Shown piece after piece: positions 9,983-20,586 of a stretch of 64,000 nt of DNA (the stretch's first letter is position 1; each line of letters starts with the position of its first letter). Source of the DNA: Candidatus Caenarcanales bacterium. GTDB taxonomy: Bacteria; Cyanobacteriota; Vampirovibrionia; LMEP-6097. Location of the stretch: NCBI GenBank assembly GCA_022447685.1, contig JAKVAO010000001.1, forward strand, positions 22,939-86,938, in the 5' to 3' direction. The notes below the pieces were generated by a model. It did not search any database. It was given only the letters and a program-made list of their open reading frames with translations, and was not told the DNA's origin. The position numbers and the translations under genes are program-made.

Positions 9983-10573
9983 TTGAAAAGGCAGCTTTCG
10001 ATGGTTCGCCGGGCAGATGCCAAGGTGATGGATCTTGAAAGTAAGCAAAGGCTCAAATCTATTGCCAAAGGTGATACTTACGAATCCGCTGGGTCTTTAG
10101 GTAGTCTTGCCAAGCAAGAACCTGAAAATTACTTACAAACTTTGGGTGAAAAGAATTTAGACTCTGAGTCAGAAGCTCTTTTGGAGAAGGCTAAACAATT
10201 CCCTGGACACAAAAGTGCAAAGATTTATTATAGAGAGAATGGAAAACCTTTATTGGTGATTATTAATCCTGATAAACTTGATGAAAATATTGCCCCTAAA
10301 TCAAAAATTCTTCCTAGTTCAGCTACATACGAGAAAAAAGAAGCTAATGGTAACGATGTGTTGAAAATTCATGAACTACCAGAAGATCAGGATATTGTAA
10401 TTATTAACGGTCGTTATAACTTATATCACCCTGGTGGATTTTTAAAAGCAGCTACAAACTTGGAGACCAGAAGGTATTTAGATTTTGCAATAACAAAAGA
10501 TAATGAATTGATTTTAAATCAAGGTTCTACATCTAAAGCTAAAATTCAAACTTTAAGTTCTGATACATTATAG
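9983..10573 (+). CDS. hypothetical protein
   Basis: 196-aa ORF, start uncertain. Confidence 0.6.
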   Translation: MKRQLSMVRRADAKVMDLESKQRLKSIAKGDTYESAGSLGSLAKQEPENYLQTLGEKNLDSESEALLEKAKQFPGHKSAKIYYRENGKPLLVIINPDKLDENIAPKSKILPSSATYEKKEANGNDVLKIHELPEDQDIVIINGRYNLYHPGGFLKAATNLETRRYLDFAITKDNELILNQGSTSKAKIQTLSSDTL

Positions 10574-10576
10574 GTA

Positions 10577-11116
10577 GTGAAATATTTTTTAAATATTATA
10601 TTTATTTGCTTAATAATATTGCTTGGGACTTCTTGTTCAGAGGAATTGGCGAATAAAACTTTAAAGCAACTTGCTGGTGAGACTCTCAGAACCAAAATGC
10701 TTTTCAAAATAGAATATAGAGAGTTTTTTAAAGACAGAATTACTGAATACCGTTTTTTTGAAGAACCTCTTTTGAATACTACTGTTATCCATGATCCAGG
10801 TGTTCAGGATAGTTCATTTACAGCTTTTGATACTCAGCTTGTGAAAATCACCAGTACTCGCCACTATAAGGCTAAAGCCATTCATAATAAACTTAAAAAT
10901 TTAAAATATAAAAATACTTTCCCTTGGAAAGAAGATTTCAAAGATAGAGGAGACGTTGTGAAAGTTTATTGCACTCAAGACGCTATACCTGTCCTAGCTG
11001 ACAAAGACGGTAATTATAAAGCGGTGCCATTATCCAAGGTCTTTATTTTTTATACTGGTCATATTAATGAAGAGCCTCAAGTCTTTAAAGATATTCTAAG
11101 TCTGATAAAAAATTAG
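10577..11116 (+). CDS. putative lipoprotein
   Basis: MK + hydrophobic stretch + lipobox-like GTS-C. Confidence 0.65.
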   Translation: MKYFLNIIFICLIILLGTSCSEELANKTLKQLAGETLRTKMLFKIEYREFFKDRITEYRFFEEPLLNTTVIHDPGVQDSSFTAFDTQLVKITSTRHYKAKAIHNKLKNLKYKNTFPWKEDFKDRGDVVKVYCTQDAIPVLADKDGNYKAVPLSKVFIFYTGHINEEPQVFKDILSLIKN

Positions 11117-11138
11117 AGCTTTGCTAAAATAAAATAGC

Positions 11139-11867
11139 ATGACAGAACTTTTAGAGAAATCCGTAGTTAAGATTGAAGATCTTAAAGCTGACTTGGGTCC
11201 TTTGGGATATATGGAGCTTTTGGATACTATGGGAGATGACCTTAGTATTGTTAACGCTGCTAGAGTTTCTTATAACAAAATCTCTGATAACTTTGAAGCT
11301 AAGGATAAGAAGCTTGTGAAGTTCTTGGCTAAACATAAGCACTGGACTCCATTTGAACAAAATGCTATTAAGTTTAGAGTTAAATGTCCAATCTATATCG
11401 CCCGTCAGTGGATGAAGCACAGATGTTGGGTTTTTAATGAAATTAGTGCAAGATATACCGTCTTTGATAACACTATTTATACTCCAGAAGCTTTCAGAGA
11501 GCAGGCTGAGAAGAATAAACAAGCAAGTGTTGAAGCTTCAGATGAATTGAATCAAGCTGAGGCAAACAAGATTTATGAAAATGCTTACAAAGTATCTTTA
11601 GATGCTTACAATAAACTTCTTGATCTAGGAGTCTGCCGTGAACAGGCTAGAGGGGTATTGCCTGTTGGTTCTCATACTGAATTTATTACTACTGTTAACC
11701 TAAGAAATTATATGCACTGGTATAACTTAAGAGCACCTAAAGATGCTCAGTGGGAAATTCAACAATACGCTAAGGCGTCTATAGAGCTTGTGAAGACTAA
11801 ATTCCCTGTTGCTATTGAGTGTTTCGAGGAATTGAAGCACGAAGAACTTGAAGAAGCTAAAATATAA
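11139..11867 (+). CDS. thyX: FAD-dependent thymidylate synthase
   Basis: AARVSY, HWTPFE, ARQWMKHR...NEISARY, EQARGVLP, NLRN...LR...AQWEI. Confidence 0.95.
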   Translation: MTELLEKSVVKIEDLKADLGPLGYMELLDTMGDDLSIVNAARVSYNKISDNFEAKDKKLVKFLAKHKHWTPFEQNAIKFRVKCPIYIARQWMKHRCWVFNEISARYTVFDNTIYTPEAFREQAEKNKQASVEASDELNQAEANKIYENAYKVSLDAYNKLLDLGVCREQARGVLPVGSHTEFITTVNLRNYMHWYNLRAPKDAQWEIQQYAKASIELVKTKFPVAIECFEELKHEELEEAKI

Positions 11868-11870
11868 TTA

Positions 11871-12902
11871 GTGTTTTTAGTTTTTGGGAAAATCATACTT
11901 TTACTTGCAGCTATTTTAATAGTCTGTTTGTGGTTTACTAATGCGGTTGAAAACTTAGGAGTTAGGCTCAAGCTCGGAGAACAAGTTGTTGGTAGCTTGC
12001 TTGCTGCTATTGGAACGGCTTTGCCTGAAACTCTCTTGCCTATTATTGCAATTATGCTTGCCGGTGTTCATAGCCAAGGCGATCCGAAAACTGAAATTGC
12101 TATTGGTTCTATTATTGGGGCTCCGTTCCTATTATCTACACTTGCATTGTTTTTATTAGGACTTGCGGTTTTAGTTAATTACCAGAAAAGAAAAAATCTT
12201 GATCTCAAAGTCTGTCACAAGCATATAACCAAAGATTTAAGTTATTTTTTGCTTGCATTATTGGTAGCTGTATCTGCAACTTTTTTTCAGACTCAAGTGA
12301 TTAAAACATCTTTTGCTGTTGTATTGGTTGCTATATATGTTATTTACTTTATCACTACTCTGAGGGAGGGAAGTGAGGCTGCTCACGATGAAGCTGAAGA
12401 CGATGTTGATCAGTTATATATTTCGAGCTTCTCTGTTGCTGGTTTCCGTTTGCCGTCTAATTTATTTTGGATGATTTTCCAGCTTTTCTTGTCTTTGGCA
12501 GGGATTGTTGTTTTTGCTCATGAGTTTATTCTAGAAATTGAGAAAGCATCAATGGCTTTAAATGTTAGTCCATTGATTTTGAGTTTGATCATTGCTCCGA
12601 TTGCAACAGAGCTTCCAGAGAAAGTTAATAGTTGGTTTTGGGCAAGTTCAGGTAAGGATGGCTTAGCACTTGGAAATATAACCGGCGCTATGGTTTTTCA
12701 ATCTGCAATACCTTGTGCTGTGGGGGTTAGTTTGACTCCTTGGAATTTAGATTCTCATACAATTTTCTGTGTAATTTTGACTATACTTTCAGCTTCAATA
12801 ATGCTTTTTTCATTAAAAGTTTTTAAAAAAGTACATGCGGCAACATTAACTTTTATGGGATTCCTGTATTTGCTTTATTTAGTTGCTATAATCCTATTCT
12901 AG
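11871..12902 (+). CDS. sodium:calcium (CaCA) antiporter family protein
   Basis: Two alpha repeats GTALPE and ATELPE, GNITGA. Confidence 0.88.
   Translation: MFLVFGKIILLLAAILIVCLWFTNAVENLGVRLKLGEQVVGSLLAAIGTALPETLLPIIAIMLAGVHSQGDPKTEIAIGSIIGAPFLLSTLALFLLGLAVLVNYQKRKNLDLKVCHKHITKDLSYFLLALLVAVSATFFQTQVIKTSFAVVLVAIYVIYFITTLREGSEAAHDEAEDDVDQLYISSFSVAGFRLPSNLFWMIFQLFLSLAGIVVFAHEFILEIEKASMALNVSPLILSLIIAPIATELPEKVNSWFWASSGKDGLALGNITGAMVFQSAIPCAVGVSLTPWNLDSHTIFCVILTILSASIMLFSLKVFKKVHAATLTFMGFLYLLYLVAIILF
12884..12892 (+). promoter_or_regulatory. extended -10 promoter of atpB
   Basis: TG-C-TATAAT about 50 nt upstream of the atpB ATG, AGGAG RBS between. Confidence 0.6.
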
Positions 12903-12940
12903 GTTTTTAAGATTTATTCTTAAGGAGATTCTTAAATCAT

Positions 12941-13828
12941 ATGACTCAACATATTACAGGTGAAATTTTAGGACAGTCCGTTCATGTGGACACTCTTTAT
13001 TATGCATGGGCTTCTATGGCAGTTATTCTAGCTGTAGCTATATTCTTGAGCGCTGGTTTAAGTAATGACCCTGAGAAATATGGTGCAAGACAGCTTATTT
13101 CTGAAGGTTTGTATTCTTTTTTTGCTTCATTGGTTAGAGACCAAATTGGTAAGCGTGGAGAGAGATATATTGCACTTATAGGATCTATATTTATTTTTAT
13201 TTTGGTGAATTATTATGCTGGGCTTCTTCCATGGAAACTTGGAGAGTTTTTCCCATGGTGGCCAAAGCTTCCATCTGAGCATGGAGCACACGCTGCAGGG
13301 GCTCATACTACTGCTACTGCTCACGCTGTTGAAGCTCATGGAGCTGCAGTTGCAGAGCATGTTCATTCAGCAAGTGAATCTGTAGCTAGCCATGCTGCTC
13401 ATATCTGGCATGGTGCTAGTACTTGTGCTGATATTAATGTTCCAGCAGCACTCGCTATTCTTGTAGTTGTGATTTATTTCTTCTCAGGTGCAATGATTGG
13501 TGGTTGGAAGTATATTCAAATGTTTTTACCTATTAATTACAACAAAGGTAAAGGTATTAGCTTAAATTTAATGTGTCTAATTGAAATCATGGATTTAGCT
13601 ATTAGACCACTTACTCTTACACTTCGACTTTTTGCAAATACAGTTGCTGGTGAGACTTTACTTGCTACATTTATAGGTTTAGTTGCTTTAGTTCTACCTA
13701 TAGTTGTTCTAGGTTTTGAGATGTTTGTAGGTGTTTTACAAGCATTCTTATTCACTATACTTACTTGTGTTTATGTTGGTGGTGCGGTGCAGCATGCTGA
13801 GCATCTTATCCATGATGAGCATCATTAA
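12941..13828 (+). CDS. atpB: F0F1 ATP synthase subunit a with His-rich insertion
   Basis: RPLTLTLRLFANTVAGE (essential Arg), LQAFLFTILT; cyanobacteria-like N-terminus. Confidence 0.93.
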   Translation: MTQHITGEILGQSVHVDTLYYAWASMAVILAVAIFLSAGLSNDPEKYGARQLISEGLYSFFASLVRDQIGKRGERYIALIGSIFIFILVNYYAGLLPWKLGEFFPWWPKLPSEHGAHAAGAHTTATAHAVEAHGAAVAEHVHSASESVASHAAHIWHGASTCADINVPAALAILVVVIYFFSGAMIGGWKYIQMFLPINYNKGKGISLNLMCLIEIMDLAIRPLTLTLRLFANTVAGETLLATFIGLVALVLPIVVLGFEMFVGVLQAFLFTILTCVYVGGAVQHAEHLIHDEHH

Positions 13829-13950
13829 TTAGATCAGCATCTGAACTTAGTCTACTTCGTTTTTTATGATTTTCTAATACTCAAGCTAAACTAGGCTCCG
13901 TTTACCCAATCATAAAATGCCTTGTGTCTTAAGCCCAGCTACTAATCTAA
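13829..13950. repeat. palindromic intergenic element, copy 1 (122 bp)
   Basis: TTAG...CTAA ends, imperfect ~22-bp terminal inverted repeats, inner TTTTATGATT/AATCATAAAA stem, motifs CTTCGTT, CTCA, CTCCG, GCCTTG shared with 43516-43639. Confidence 0.75.
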
Positions 13951-13971
13951 AAAAATACATAATCTGTATTT

Positions 13972-14895
13972 TTGCTATACTTTAGTCTACAAGTGTTTCT
14001 TAAACATTCTTTACACATATTAGCTGAAATTTTACCGGTCTTCTTAATAGCGGTAATTTGCTCTTCGTTAATAGATCTTTATCTACCGAATAACTATTTT
14101 GAAAAAATTGAGCAAAGCTTCATCGCAGGTTCACAATTTAAATCCAAGCTTGGTCTTATAGTTGCAGCTATACTTGGTGCTTTAATTCCCATCTGTACCT
14201 GTGGCATGATTCCTCTTGCTATAGGTCTTTTAAGAAAGAAGCTTAACTGGAAATATATTTTGGCTTTTTTGCTTGCTGGTAATGCTTGTAGTATTTTTGC
14301 TTTGATTTTGAATTTGGGGGTTCTAGGTTGGGAATCAACTATATGGCGTTTTAATTTTGCGGTCTTGTTTGCAGTTATCAATGTGATATTATTTTCTTTA
14401 CTGTATAGTGAATCAATTGAAAATATTATTGAAAGCAAGCTTCAAGAAACTGAAGAAAAGAAACACTGTTGCGGTCCTAAAGTTTCTAAATTAAAGAAAA
14501 TATGGTCTGACTTAAAAGAAACTAGCTTTCAGTTTCTACCATGGATAATTTTTGCAGTTTTAGTCGCAAGCCTAATGCACTTTAATCATGATTTTGTTTT
14601 AGCTAAAACAGGAGAACTTTTACAAAATGAGTTGATTAGCCCATTTTTTCTTTCTTTGATTGCTTTTCCACTTTATCTCTGCGCTGGTGCTGATGTTGCC
14701 ATGAGTGCTGAATTCTTAGATTTAGGAATTGCACTAGGTTCAGTTTTAGCTTTTATGACTGCAAGCCCTGGAGTGAATTTCACTACTTTGGTTGTTTATA
14801 AACAGGCTTTTGATTTACGCGTGGCTATAGCACTTACGGTTTTTCCTGTTGTGGTTATAAGTTTACTTGGCTTGATTTTTAATTTGCTTACTTAG
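13972..14895 (+). CDS. permease (DUF318/ArsP-like)
   Basis: PICTCGMIP and PLYLCAGADV motifs, HCC in central loop; true start may be GTG at 13993. Confidence 0.85.
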   Translation: MLYFSLQVFLKHSLHILAEILPVFLIAVICSSLIDLYLPNNYFEKIEQSFIAGSQFKSKLGLIVAAILGALIPICTCGMIPLAIGLLRKKLNWKYILAFLLAGNACSIFALILNLGVLGWESTIWRFNFAVLFAVINVILFSLLYSESIENIIESKLQETEEKKHCCGPKVSKLKKIWSDLKETSFQFLPWIIFAVLVASLMHFNHDFVLAKTGELLQNELISPFFLSLIAFPLYLCAGADVAMSAEFLDLGIALGSVLAFMTASPGVNFTTLVVYKQAFDLRVAIALTVFPVVVISLLGLIFNLLT

Positions 14896-14916
14896 TTTTA
14901 AAGAATTAAAATATAT

Positions 14917-17016
14917 ATGAATATGAGTGTGAATGTGGAAGATTTAAATCTATTAAAAGAAAAATACTCTGAACTACAAAGTAAATTAAAACATTGGAGT
15001 CATAAATACTATATTGAAAATATAAGTGAAGTCGAAGATGCTGTCTATGACGCTCACATTGAGGAGCTTAAAGTCTTAGAGGCAGAGTATCCAAATTTAA
15101 TTGAGGCAGATAGTATCACTAAAATTATAGGCTCCGGTTTTTATCAGACTAGTTTTACTAAAACATATCATTTGGAGAAAATGATGAGTCTTGATAATGC
15201 TTTTGGTGAAGAGGATATTAGGGATTGGGAAGCTAAAATTAATAGAATGATAGGCGAAGAAACACCTCGTCAATATGTTTTTGAGTTGAAGATTGATGGC
15301 TTGAGTATTGCGATTGATTATAAAAATGGCAAACTTTATCGTGGTGCTACTCGTGGCAACGGTAAAGTGGGCGAAGATGTTACTGCTAACTTGATGACGA
15401 TAAAATCTTTACCTAAGAAGATTCCTGTAGAGCTTTTGGTGCAGCAAGATTTTTCGATTCGTGGTGAAGTTTATTTGCCGAAAGAAGATTTTAAGAAAAT
15501 TAATGCTGAGCGTGAGAAACAAAGTCTAGATCTTTATGCTAATCCTCGTAATACTGCTTCTGGAGCGTTAAGGCAGCTTGACCCTAAAGTTACTGCTTCT
15601 CGTAATTTGGATGCTATTTTTTATAATTATTTTCCTTATAATAATTTAGGCTATGCTGAGACTGAGAAGGCTAAGTCTTCTATCGCTTCAATTAATGAGC
15701 ATTATAGCTCCCTAGAATATCTTGAAAAACTAGGCTTTCACACGAATAAAGAACATAATTATCTTTGTAACAATATAGATCAAGTAATTAAATTATATAA
15801 AGAATGGCAAGAGAAAAAAGATACTTTAGATTTTGAAATTGATGGTGCTGTAGTTAAAGTTAACCAATTAGATTTACAAAAAACTTTAGGTGAAACGAGT
15901 AAAGCTCCTCGCTGGGCTACTGCTCTAAAATTTAGTGCTGAAGAAGCCTTAACCCGTGTTATATCTATAGATATGGAAGTTGGTAGAACTGGAGCTATTA
16001 CTCCTGTCGCTAATTTGGAGCCAGTTTTACTGGCGGGAACTACTGTTAAAAGAGCTACAATTCATAATTTTGACCAAGTAGATAGGCTTGGGGTGAAAGT
16101 TGGAGACTTTGTTCTAGTGCGTAAAGCTGGAGAAATTATTCCTGAGATTATTAAGATAGAAGAAGATAGGCGTGGACAAAGTATCAACGGTGAAACTATT
16201 GAGCTTGTTGATATTTCTCGTCCTGGACACTGTCCTGTCTGTGGTACTGCTCTAGAGCAGGAAGATACTATACTCAGATGCCCTAATATTGTAGGTTGTG
16301 CAGCACAGATACAGAGAAGAATAGAACACTGGGCTTCTAAAAAAGCTATGGATATCGCTGGGCTTGGTCCAGTAGTAGTAGAACAATTACTAGTTGAAAA
16401 ATTAATTAAGAATCCTTTTGATCTTTATAAACTTAAATTTGATGACTTAGCCCCATTGGAGCGTATGGCTGAGAAATCTGTGAATAATTTACTTATTGCT
16501 TTAGAAAACAGTCGCGAAATGCCTTTTCATAGATTCCTCCATGCTTTAGGAATTAAACATGTCGGTTTAAATGTTTCAGAATTGATCGCCTCAGTTTATC
16601 CAAGTCTCTTTGAGCTTGAAAAAGAAGTTCTAGGAAACCATGGTGTAGATTTGTTGAAGTTAGATGGTCTTGGAGAGAAGATTTTAAATTCTTTAAAACA
16701 GTTTTTTGAATCAGAGATTTATGCTCAGGTTAAACAAGATTATATTGATTTAGGTTTTGATTTTAAAGAATTAGTGAAACGGGAACTTTCTGATAAGTTT
16801 GCAGGATTGATTTTTGTTATTACTGGAACTCTTTCAGAGAGTAGATCATACTTTGAGAAGATTATTAAAGATAATGGCGGTAAGGTGAGTTCAAGTGTTT
16901 CCAAAAAGACTTCATATTTACTTTGTGGTAATGAAGCTGGCTCTAAGCTTAGTAAAGCCCAGGACTTGGGTGTGAAAGTGCTTTCTGAAGAGAAATTTAG
17001 AGAACTAAATACCTAA
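14917..17016 (+). CDS. ligA: NAD-dependent DNA ligase
   Basis: ELKIDG, RGNGKVGEDVT, ANPRN, DGAVVK, Zn finger CPVC...C...C, C-terminal BRCT. Confidence 0.98.
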   Translation: MNMSVNVEDLNLLKEKYSELQSKLKHWSHKYYIENISEVEDAVYDAHIEELKVLEAEYPNLIEADSITKIIGSGFYQTSFTKTYHLEKMMSLDNAFGEEDIRDWEAKINRMIGEETPRQYVFELKIDGLSIAIDYKNGKLYRGATRGNGKVGEDVTANLMTIKSLPKKIPVELLVQQDFSIRGEVYLPKEDFKKINAEREKQSLDLYANPRNTASGALRQLDPKVTASRNLDAIFYNYFPYNNLGYAETEKAKSSIASINEHYSSLEYLEKLGFHTNKEHNYLCNNIDQVIKLYKEWQEKKDTLDFEIDGAVVKVNQLDLQKTLGETSKAPRWATALKFSAEEALTRVISIDMEVGRTGAITPVANLEPVLLAGTTVKRATIHNFDQVDRLGVKVGDFVLVRKAGEIIPEIIKIEEDRRGQSINGETIELVDISRPGHCPVCGTALEQEDTILRCPNIVGCAAQIQRRIEHWASKKAMDIAGLGPVVVEQLLVEKLIKNPFDLYKLKFDDLAPLERMAEKSVNNLLIALENSREMPFHRFLHALGIKHVGLNVSELIASVYPSLFELEKEVLGNHGVDLLKLDGLGEKILNSLKQFFESEIYAQVKQDYIDLGFDFKELVKRELSDKFAGLIFVITGTLSESRSYFEKIIKDNGGKVSSSVSKKTSYLLCGNEAGSKLSKAQDLGVKVLSEEKFRELNT

Positions 17017-18846
17017 CTAACCCATCATTGCATTCTTACGGTGAGCTTTCTTATCAAGAATCTTCTTGCGTAGGCGAATTTTCTCAGGAGTAACCTCAAC
17101 TAACTCTTCATCATTTATATAAACTAAAGCTTCTTCTAATTTAACTTGTCTAGGAGCTTTTAACTGAACTAAAACATCAGCTCCAGCTGATCTCATGTTA
17201 GTGAGTGCTTTTTCTTTAGTAAGGTTTAGCTCAATATCTTGTACTTTATTGGCTTCACCAACTATCATTCCTTTGTAAACTTTATCTGTAGGCTTAACGA
17301 AGAAAACACCTCTGTCTGAGAAGTTTTCAAGAGCATAACTAGTAGCTGCTCCCTCTTCAAGGTTCACTAGTACACCCATTCTTACTTTATCGATGTCACC
17401 AGCATACGGCTTATACTCATAGTAAGAGTGAGTCATGATACCAGTACCTTTAGTAATTCTGATGAACTCAGTGCTGAAACCAATTAGACCACGAGTAGGA
17501 ACTAAGAATTTAAGAAGAGTACGTCCATGAAGTGTATTCATGAAAGTCATCTCAGCTTTTCTCTTACCAAGTCTTTCTATACAAGAACCAGAGAATTCAT
17601 CTTCTACATCTATAATTAATTCTTCATAAGGCTCATGAATTTTACCGTCGATATTTTTCTGTATTACTCTTGGTTTTCCTACTTGGAATTCATAACCCTC
17701 TCTTCTCATAGTTTCTATAAGAATACCTAAGTGAAGTTCACCACGACCTGCTACTAGAAATGAATCAGTGTTTTCTGTAGGAGTAACTTTTAATGCTACA
17801 TTAGTTTCTAATTCTTTATCTAGTCTATCTTTGATCTGTCTTGAAGTTACGAACTTCCCTTCTAAACCAGCAAATGGACTAGAGTTAACTGAGAAAATCA
17901 TTTCTAGAGTAGGCTCATCAACTTTAATAGAAGGAAGCGCTTCAGTTAAAGTCGCGTCACAGACTGTATCTCCGATATTACCTTCAGGCATACCTGCGAG
18001 CATAACTATCATCCCAGCGCTTGCTGTTTCTAATTCAACTTTTTCTAAACCATGAAAACCATAGATCTTTGCGATTTTCTTTTTAGAAATACTTTTTTCA
18101 CCATCTTCGTCTGTTTTGATGAGGTTCATTTGTTGGTTAACAGAAACTGTACCGTTTAAAATCCTTCCTACAAGTAATCTTCCCAAGTATTCATTAGAGT
18201 CTAAACTTACAGTTTGGAATAGGAAAGGCTCTTCAATATTACCTTCTGGAGGAGGAACTTCTTTCAAGATAGTATCTAGAATTACTTCCATGCCAGCATC
18301 TTCATCTTCCAGTTCAGCTTTAGCCATACCATTTACACCAGAAGCGTATACGATAGGGAATTCGATTTGATCATCATCAGCGCCTAGATCTATGAATAGT
18401 TCAAGAACTTCATCAATTACTCTTGCTGGATCTGAATTAGGCTTATCAACTTTATTGATAACTAAGATCGGTTTTAAACCTTGCTCAAAAGCTTTCTTCA
18501 AAACAAATCTAGTCTGAGGCATAGGTCCTTCAAAGGCATCTACCAAAAGTAAACAACCTTGCACCATACCTAGGACACGTTCTACCTCTCCACCGAAGTC
18601 CGAGTGACCTGGGGTATCCACGATATTAATAGTTTGGTCTTTATACTTAACAGAAGTGTTTTTACTTAGAATCGTAATGCCACGCTCTTTTTCTAGAGGG
18701 TTACTATCCATAACGCAAACTTCATGTTCTTTATGTGCAGCGAAGCAATTAGTCTGCTCTAAAATAGCGTCTAAAAGAGTTGTCTTTCCGTGGTCAACGT
18801 GAGCGATAATCGCGATATTTCTAATATTTTCAGTTTTTGGAGGCAT
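17017..18846 (-). CDS. typA: translational GTPase TypA/BipA
   Basis: IRNIAIIAHVDHGKTTL, ERGITI, DTPGH, GRGELHLGILIETMRREG. Confidence 0.98.
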   Translation of the reverse strand: MPPKTENIRNIAIIAHVDHGKTTLLDAILEQTNCFAAHKEHEVCVMDSNPLEKERGITILSKNTSVKYKDQTINIVDTPGHSDFGGEVERVLGMVQGCLLLVDAFEGPMPQTRFVLKKAFEQGLKPILVINKVDKPNSDPARVIDEVLELFIDLGADDDQIEFPIVYASGVNGMAKAELEDEDAGMEVILDTILKEVPPPEGNIEEPFLFQTVSLDSNEYLGRLLVGRILNGTVSVNQQMNLIKTDEDGEKSISKKKIAKIYGFHGLEKVELETASAGMIVMLAGMPEGNIGDTVCDATLTEALPSIKVDEPTLEMIFSVNSSPFAGLEGKFVTSRQIKDRLDKELETNVALKVTPTENTDSFLVAGRGELHLGILIETMRREGYEFQVGKPRVIQKNIDGKIHEPYEELIIDVEDEFSGSCIERLGKRKAEMTFMNTLHGRTLLKFLVPTRGLIGFSTEFIRITKGTGIMTHSYYEYKPYAGDIDKVRMGVLVNLEEGAATSYALENFSDRGVFFVKPTDKVYKGMIVGEANKVQDIELNLTKEKALTNMRSAGADVLVQLKAPRQVKLEEALVYINDEELVEVTPEKIRLRKKILDKKAHRKNAMMG

Positions 18847-19207
18847 CGTTTCACGATTTATCTTACTCTATTTTGCTTATGAAATCTGTTTTTATTTAGC
18901 TCACAAATTAAAAATAGATAATCTTTCTAAAAATATTGTCAAAAAATCACAAGAAGCTCTTTGTATATTTATCAAATTCATTGTTTATATGGAGGCCTGT
19001 GCGTGAGTGATAACCTGAAATTAATTTATTTGTATCTTAAAAGTACCCCTAAGTGTGTTGATAACTTTTACAAACTAGGCTCAGTGCTAAGAGATAGGGA
19101 TAAAGCAATTATAGATAACTTTAGAAAATTAGAGAGAAACTCAGCAGATTTTCGAGATGACAACAGAAAACCTAGAAACTAGTATGGCTTTGCTATACTT
19201 CTAGATT

Positions 19208-19753
19208 ATGAAGCTGTTTTTCACCTCTGTGCTTTGTGCCTTAATTTTTGTTAGTTTTTCGTGTTCAAATAATAAAGACTTATCTAAATATGATAATACT
19301 CGCTTGCCAGTAGGTCCACTTCAGTATCAAGCTTTGGAGGATTGGGATCTAGGAACTCCTGATAATTTTATGAGGCTTGAACAGTTTCAGATTCAAGACA
19401 ATTCTGAGCTAGCAGTTTATTTCTTGCCTGGAGAAGCTGGATCTGTTGACGCTAATATTGCTAGATGGAAGAAGCAGTTTCTAGCTAATGAAGCCAGAAA
19501 AGTTGTTTTTGAAAAAAAATATAACTACAAATCTATACCTCTTACTAAAATTATGATTGAGGGTGACTATAAGGAGATGGTGAATCCTTTTGATCCTAGT
19601 TCCGAGAAAAAAATCAAGGATTCTTGGGCTATGTTTGCAGTAGTAGCTGAACTGGAAGAAGGAAAGTGGTTTTTCAAAGCTCTAGGTCCTAAGGAAGAAT
19701 TACTTTCATCCCAGGAAGATATTGATGAATTTGTAAGCACTTTTCGTATTTAA
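19208..19753 (+). CDS. putative lipoprotein
   Basis: Signal peptide with SFS-C; GSVDANIARWKKQF and WFFKALGP look like conserved motifs. Confidence 0.7.
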   Translation: MKLFFTSVLCALIFVSFSCSNNKDLSKYDNTRLPVGPLQYQALEDWDLGTPDNFMRLEQFQIQDNSELAVYFLPGEAGSVDANIARWKKQFLANEARKVVFEKKYNYKSIPLTKIMIEGDYKEMVNPFDPSSEKKIKDSWAMFAVVAELEEGKWFFKALGPKEELLSSQEDIDEFVSTFRI

Positions 19754-19770
19754 AGATTGATTGAATATTA

Positions 19771-20586
19771 ATGAACTTTGAGCAAATTTTTAATTTAACT
19801 AATTTCCTGATTCTAGTAAATTCTATTTTGTTAATATTAATTACTGCTTTAATATTCTCTCTTTACCAGAAAGATTCTAAAGCTTCATTTGAGAGAAACT
19901 TCTTTGCAAATATCAAAGGACAGGGAATTTGGGGGGAGGAACAGTTAATAAATTTATTGCGAGAAACTCTTTCCCCTAAGCAATTTGAATTACAATACCA
20001 GCTTGACCCTAAAGATGATTATTTTGTTGATGCCGCTGTAAAACTGCCTTTGGCTGAATCTGAATCAATACTTTTACCTATTGACTCTAAGTTGCCCTTA
20101 GAAGATTATTTGAGCTTTCTTAATTCTGGAGCTGAAATTAACTATGCTAATGCAAGGAAATATATAAAAAAGATAGAATCTCGTCTTAAGCAAGAAGCCA
20201 AGTCTGTGCATTCAAAGTATATTAGAGTCCCTTATACAACTGACTTTGCAATAATTTTTATTCCCGTAGAATCTCTTTATTACCTACTGGTGCAGAATAG
20301 TAATTTCATATATCAGCTAAGAAATGAGTATCGAATCATACTTGCAAGTCCCTCAAGTCTTTCAACGCTATTAAATGGTATTCAGATATCTTTTAAATAC
20401 TCAAATTTCACAAAAGACTCTAGAGAGTTCTATGAATCTTATGAACTTTTAAGTAGAGACTTGGATTCAGTATCTAATTCTTTAGTAAAATCTGAAAAAA
20501 AATTGGATGAACTTTATAAAGAGATTCAAGAGATTAAGTCCAGGACTAAGTCTATGAAAAATTCTTCTCTAAGCATGCACCAGTAA
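19771..20586 (+). CDS. rmuC: DNA recombination protein RmuC family (short form)
   Basis: N-terminal TM, GIWGE..L, VDAAVKLP, IDSKLP, KYI...TTDFAIIFIP.E, SPSSL. Confidence 0.85.
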   Translation: MNFEQIFNLTNFLILVNSILLILITALIFSLYQKDSKASFERNFFANIKGQGIWGEEQLINLLRETLSPKQFELQYQLDPKDDYFVDAAVKLPLAESESILLPIDSKLPLEDYLSFLNSGAEINYANARKYIKKIESRLKQEAKSVHSKYIRVPYTTDFAIIFIPVESLYYLLVQNSNFIYQLRNEYRIILASPSSLSTLLNGIQISFKYSNFTKDSREFYESYELLSRDLDSVSNSLVKSEKKLDELYKEIQEIKSRTKSMKNSSLSMHQ

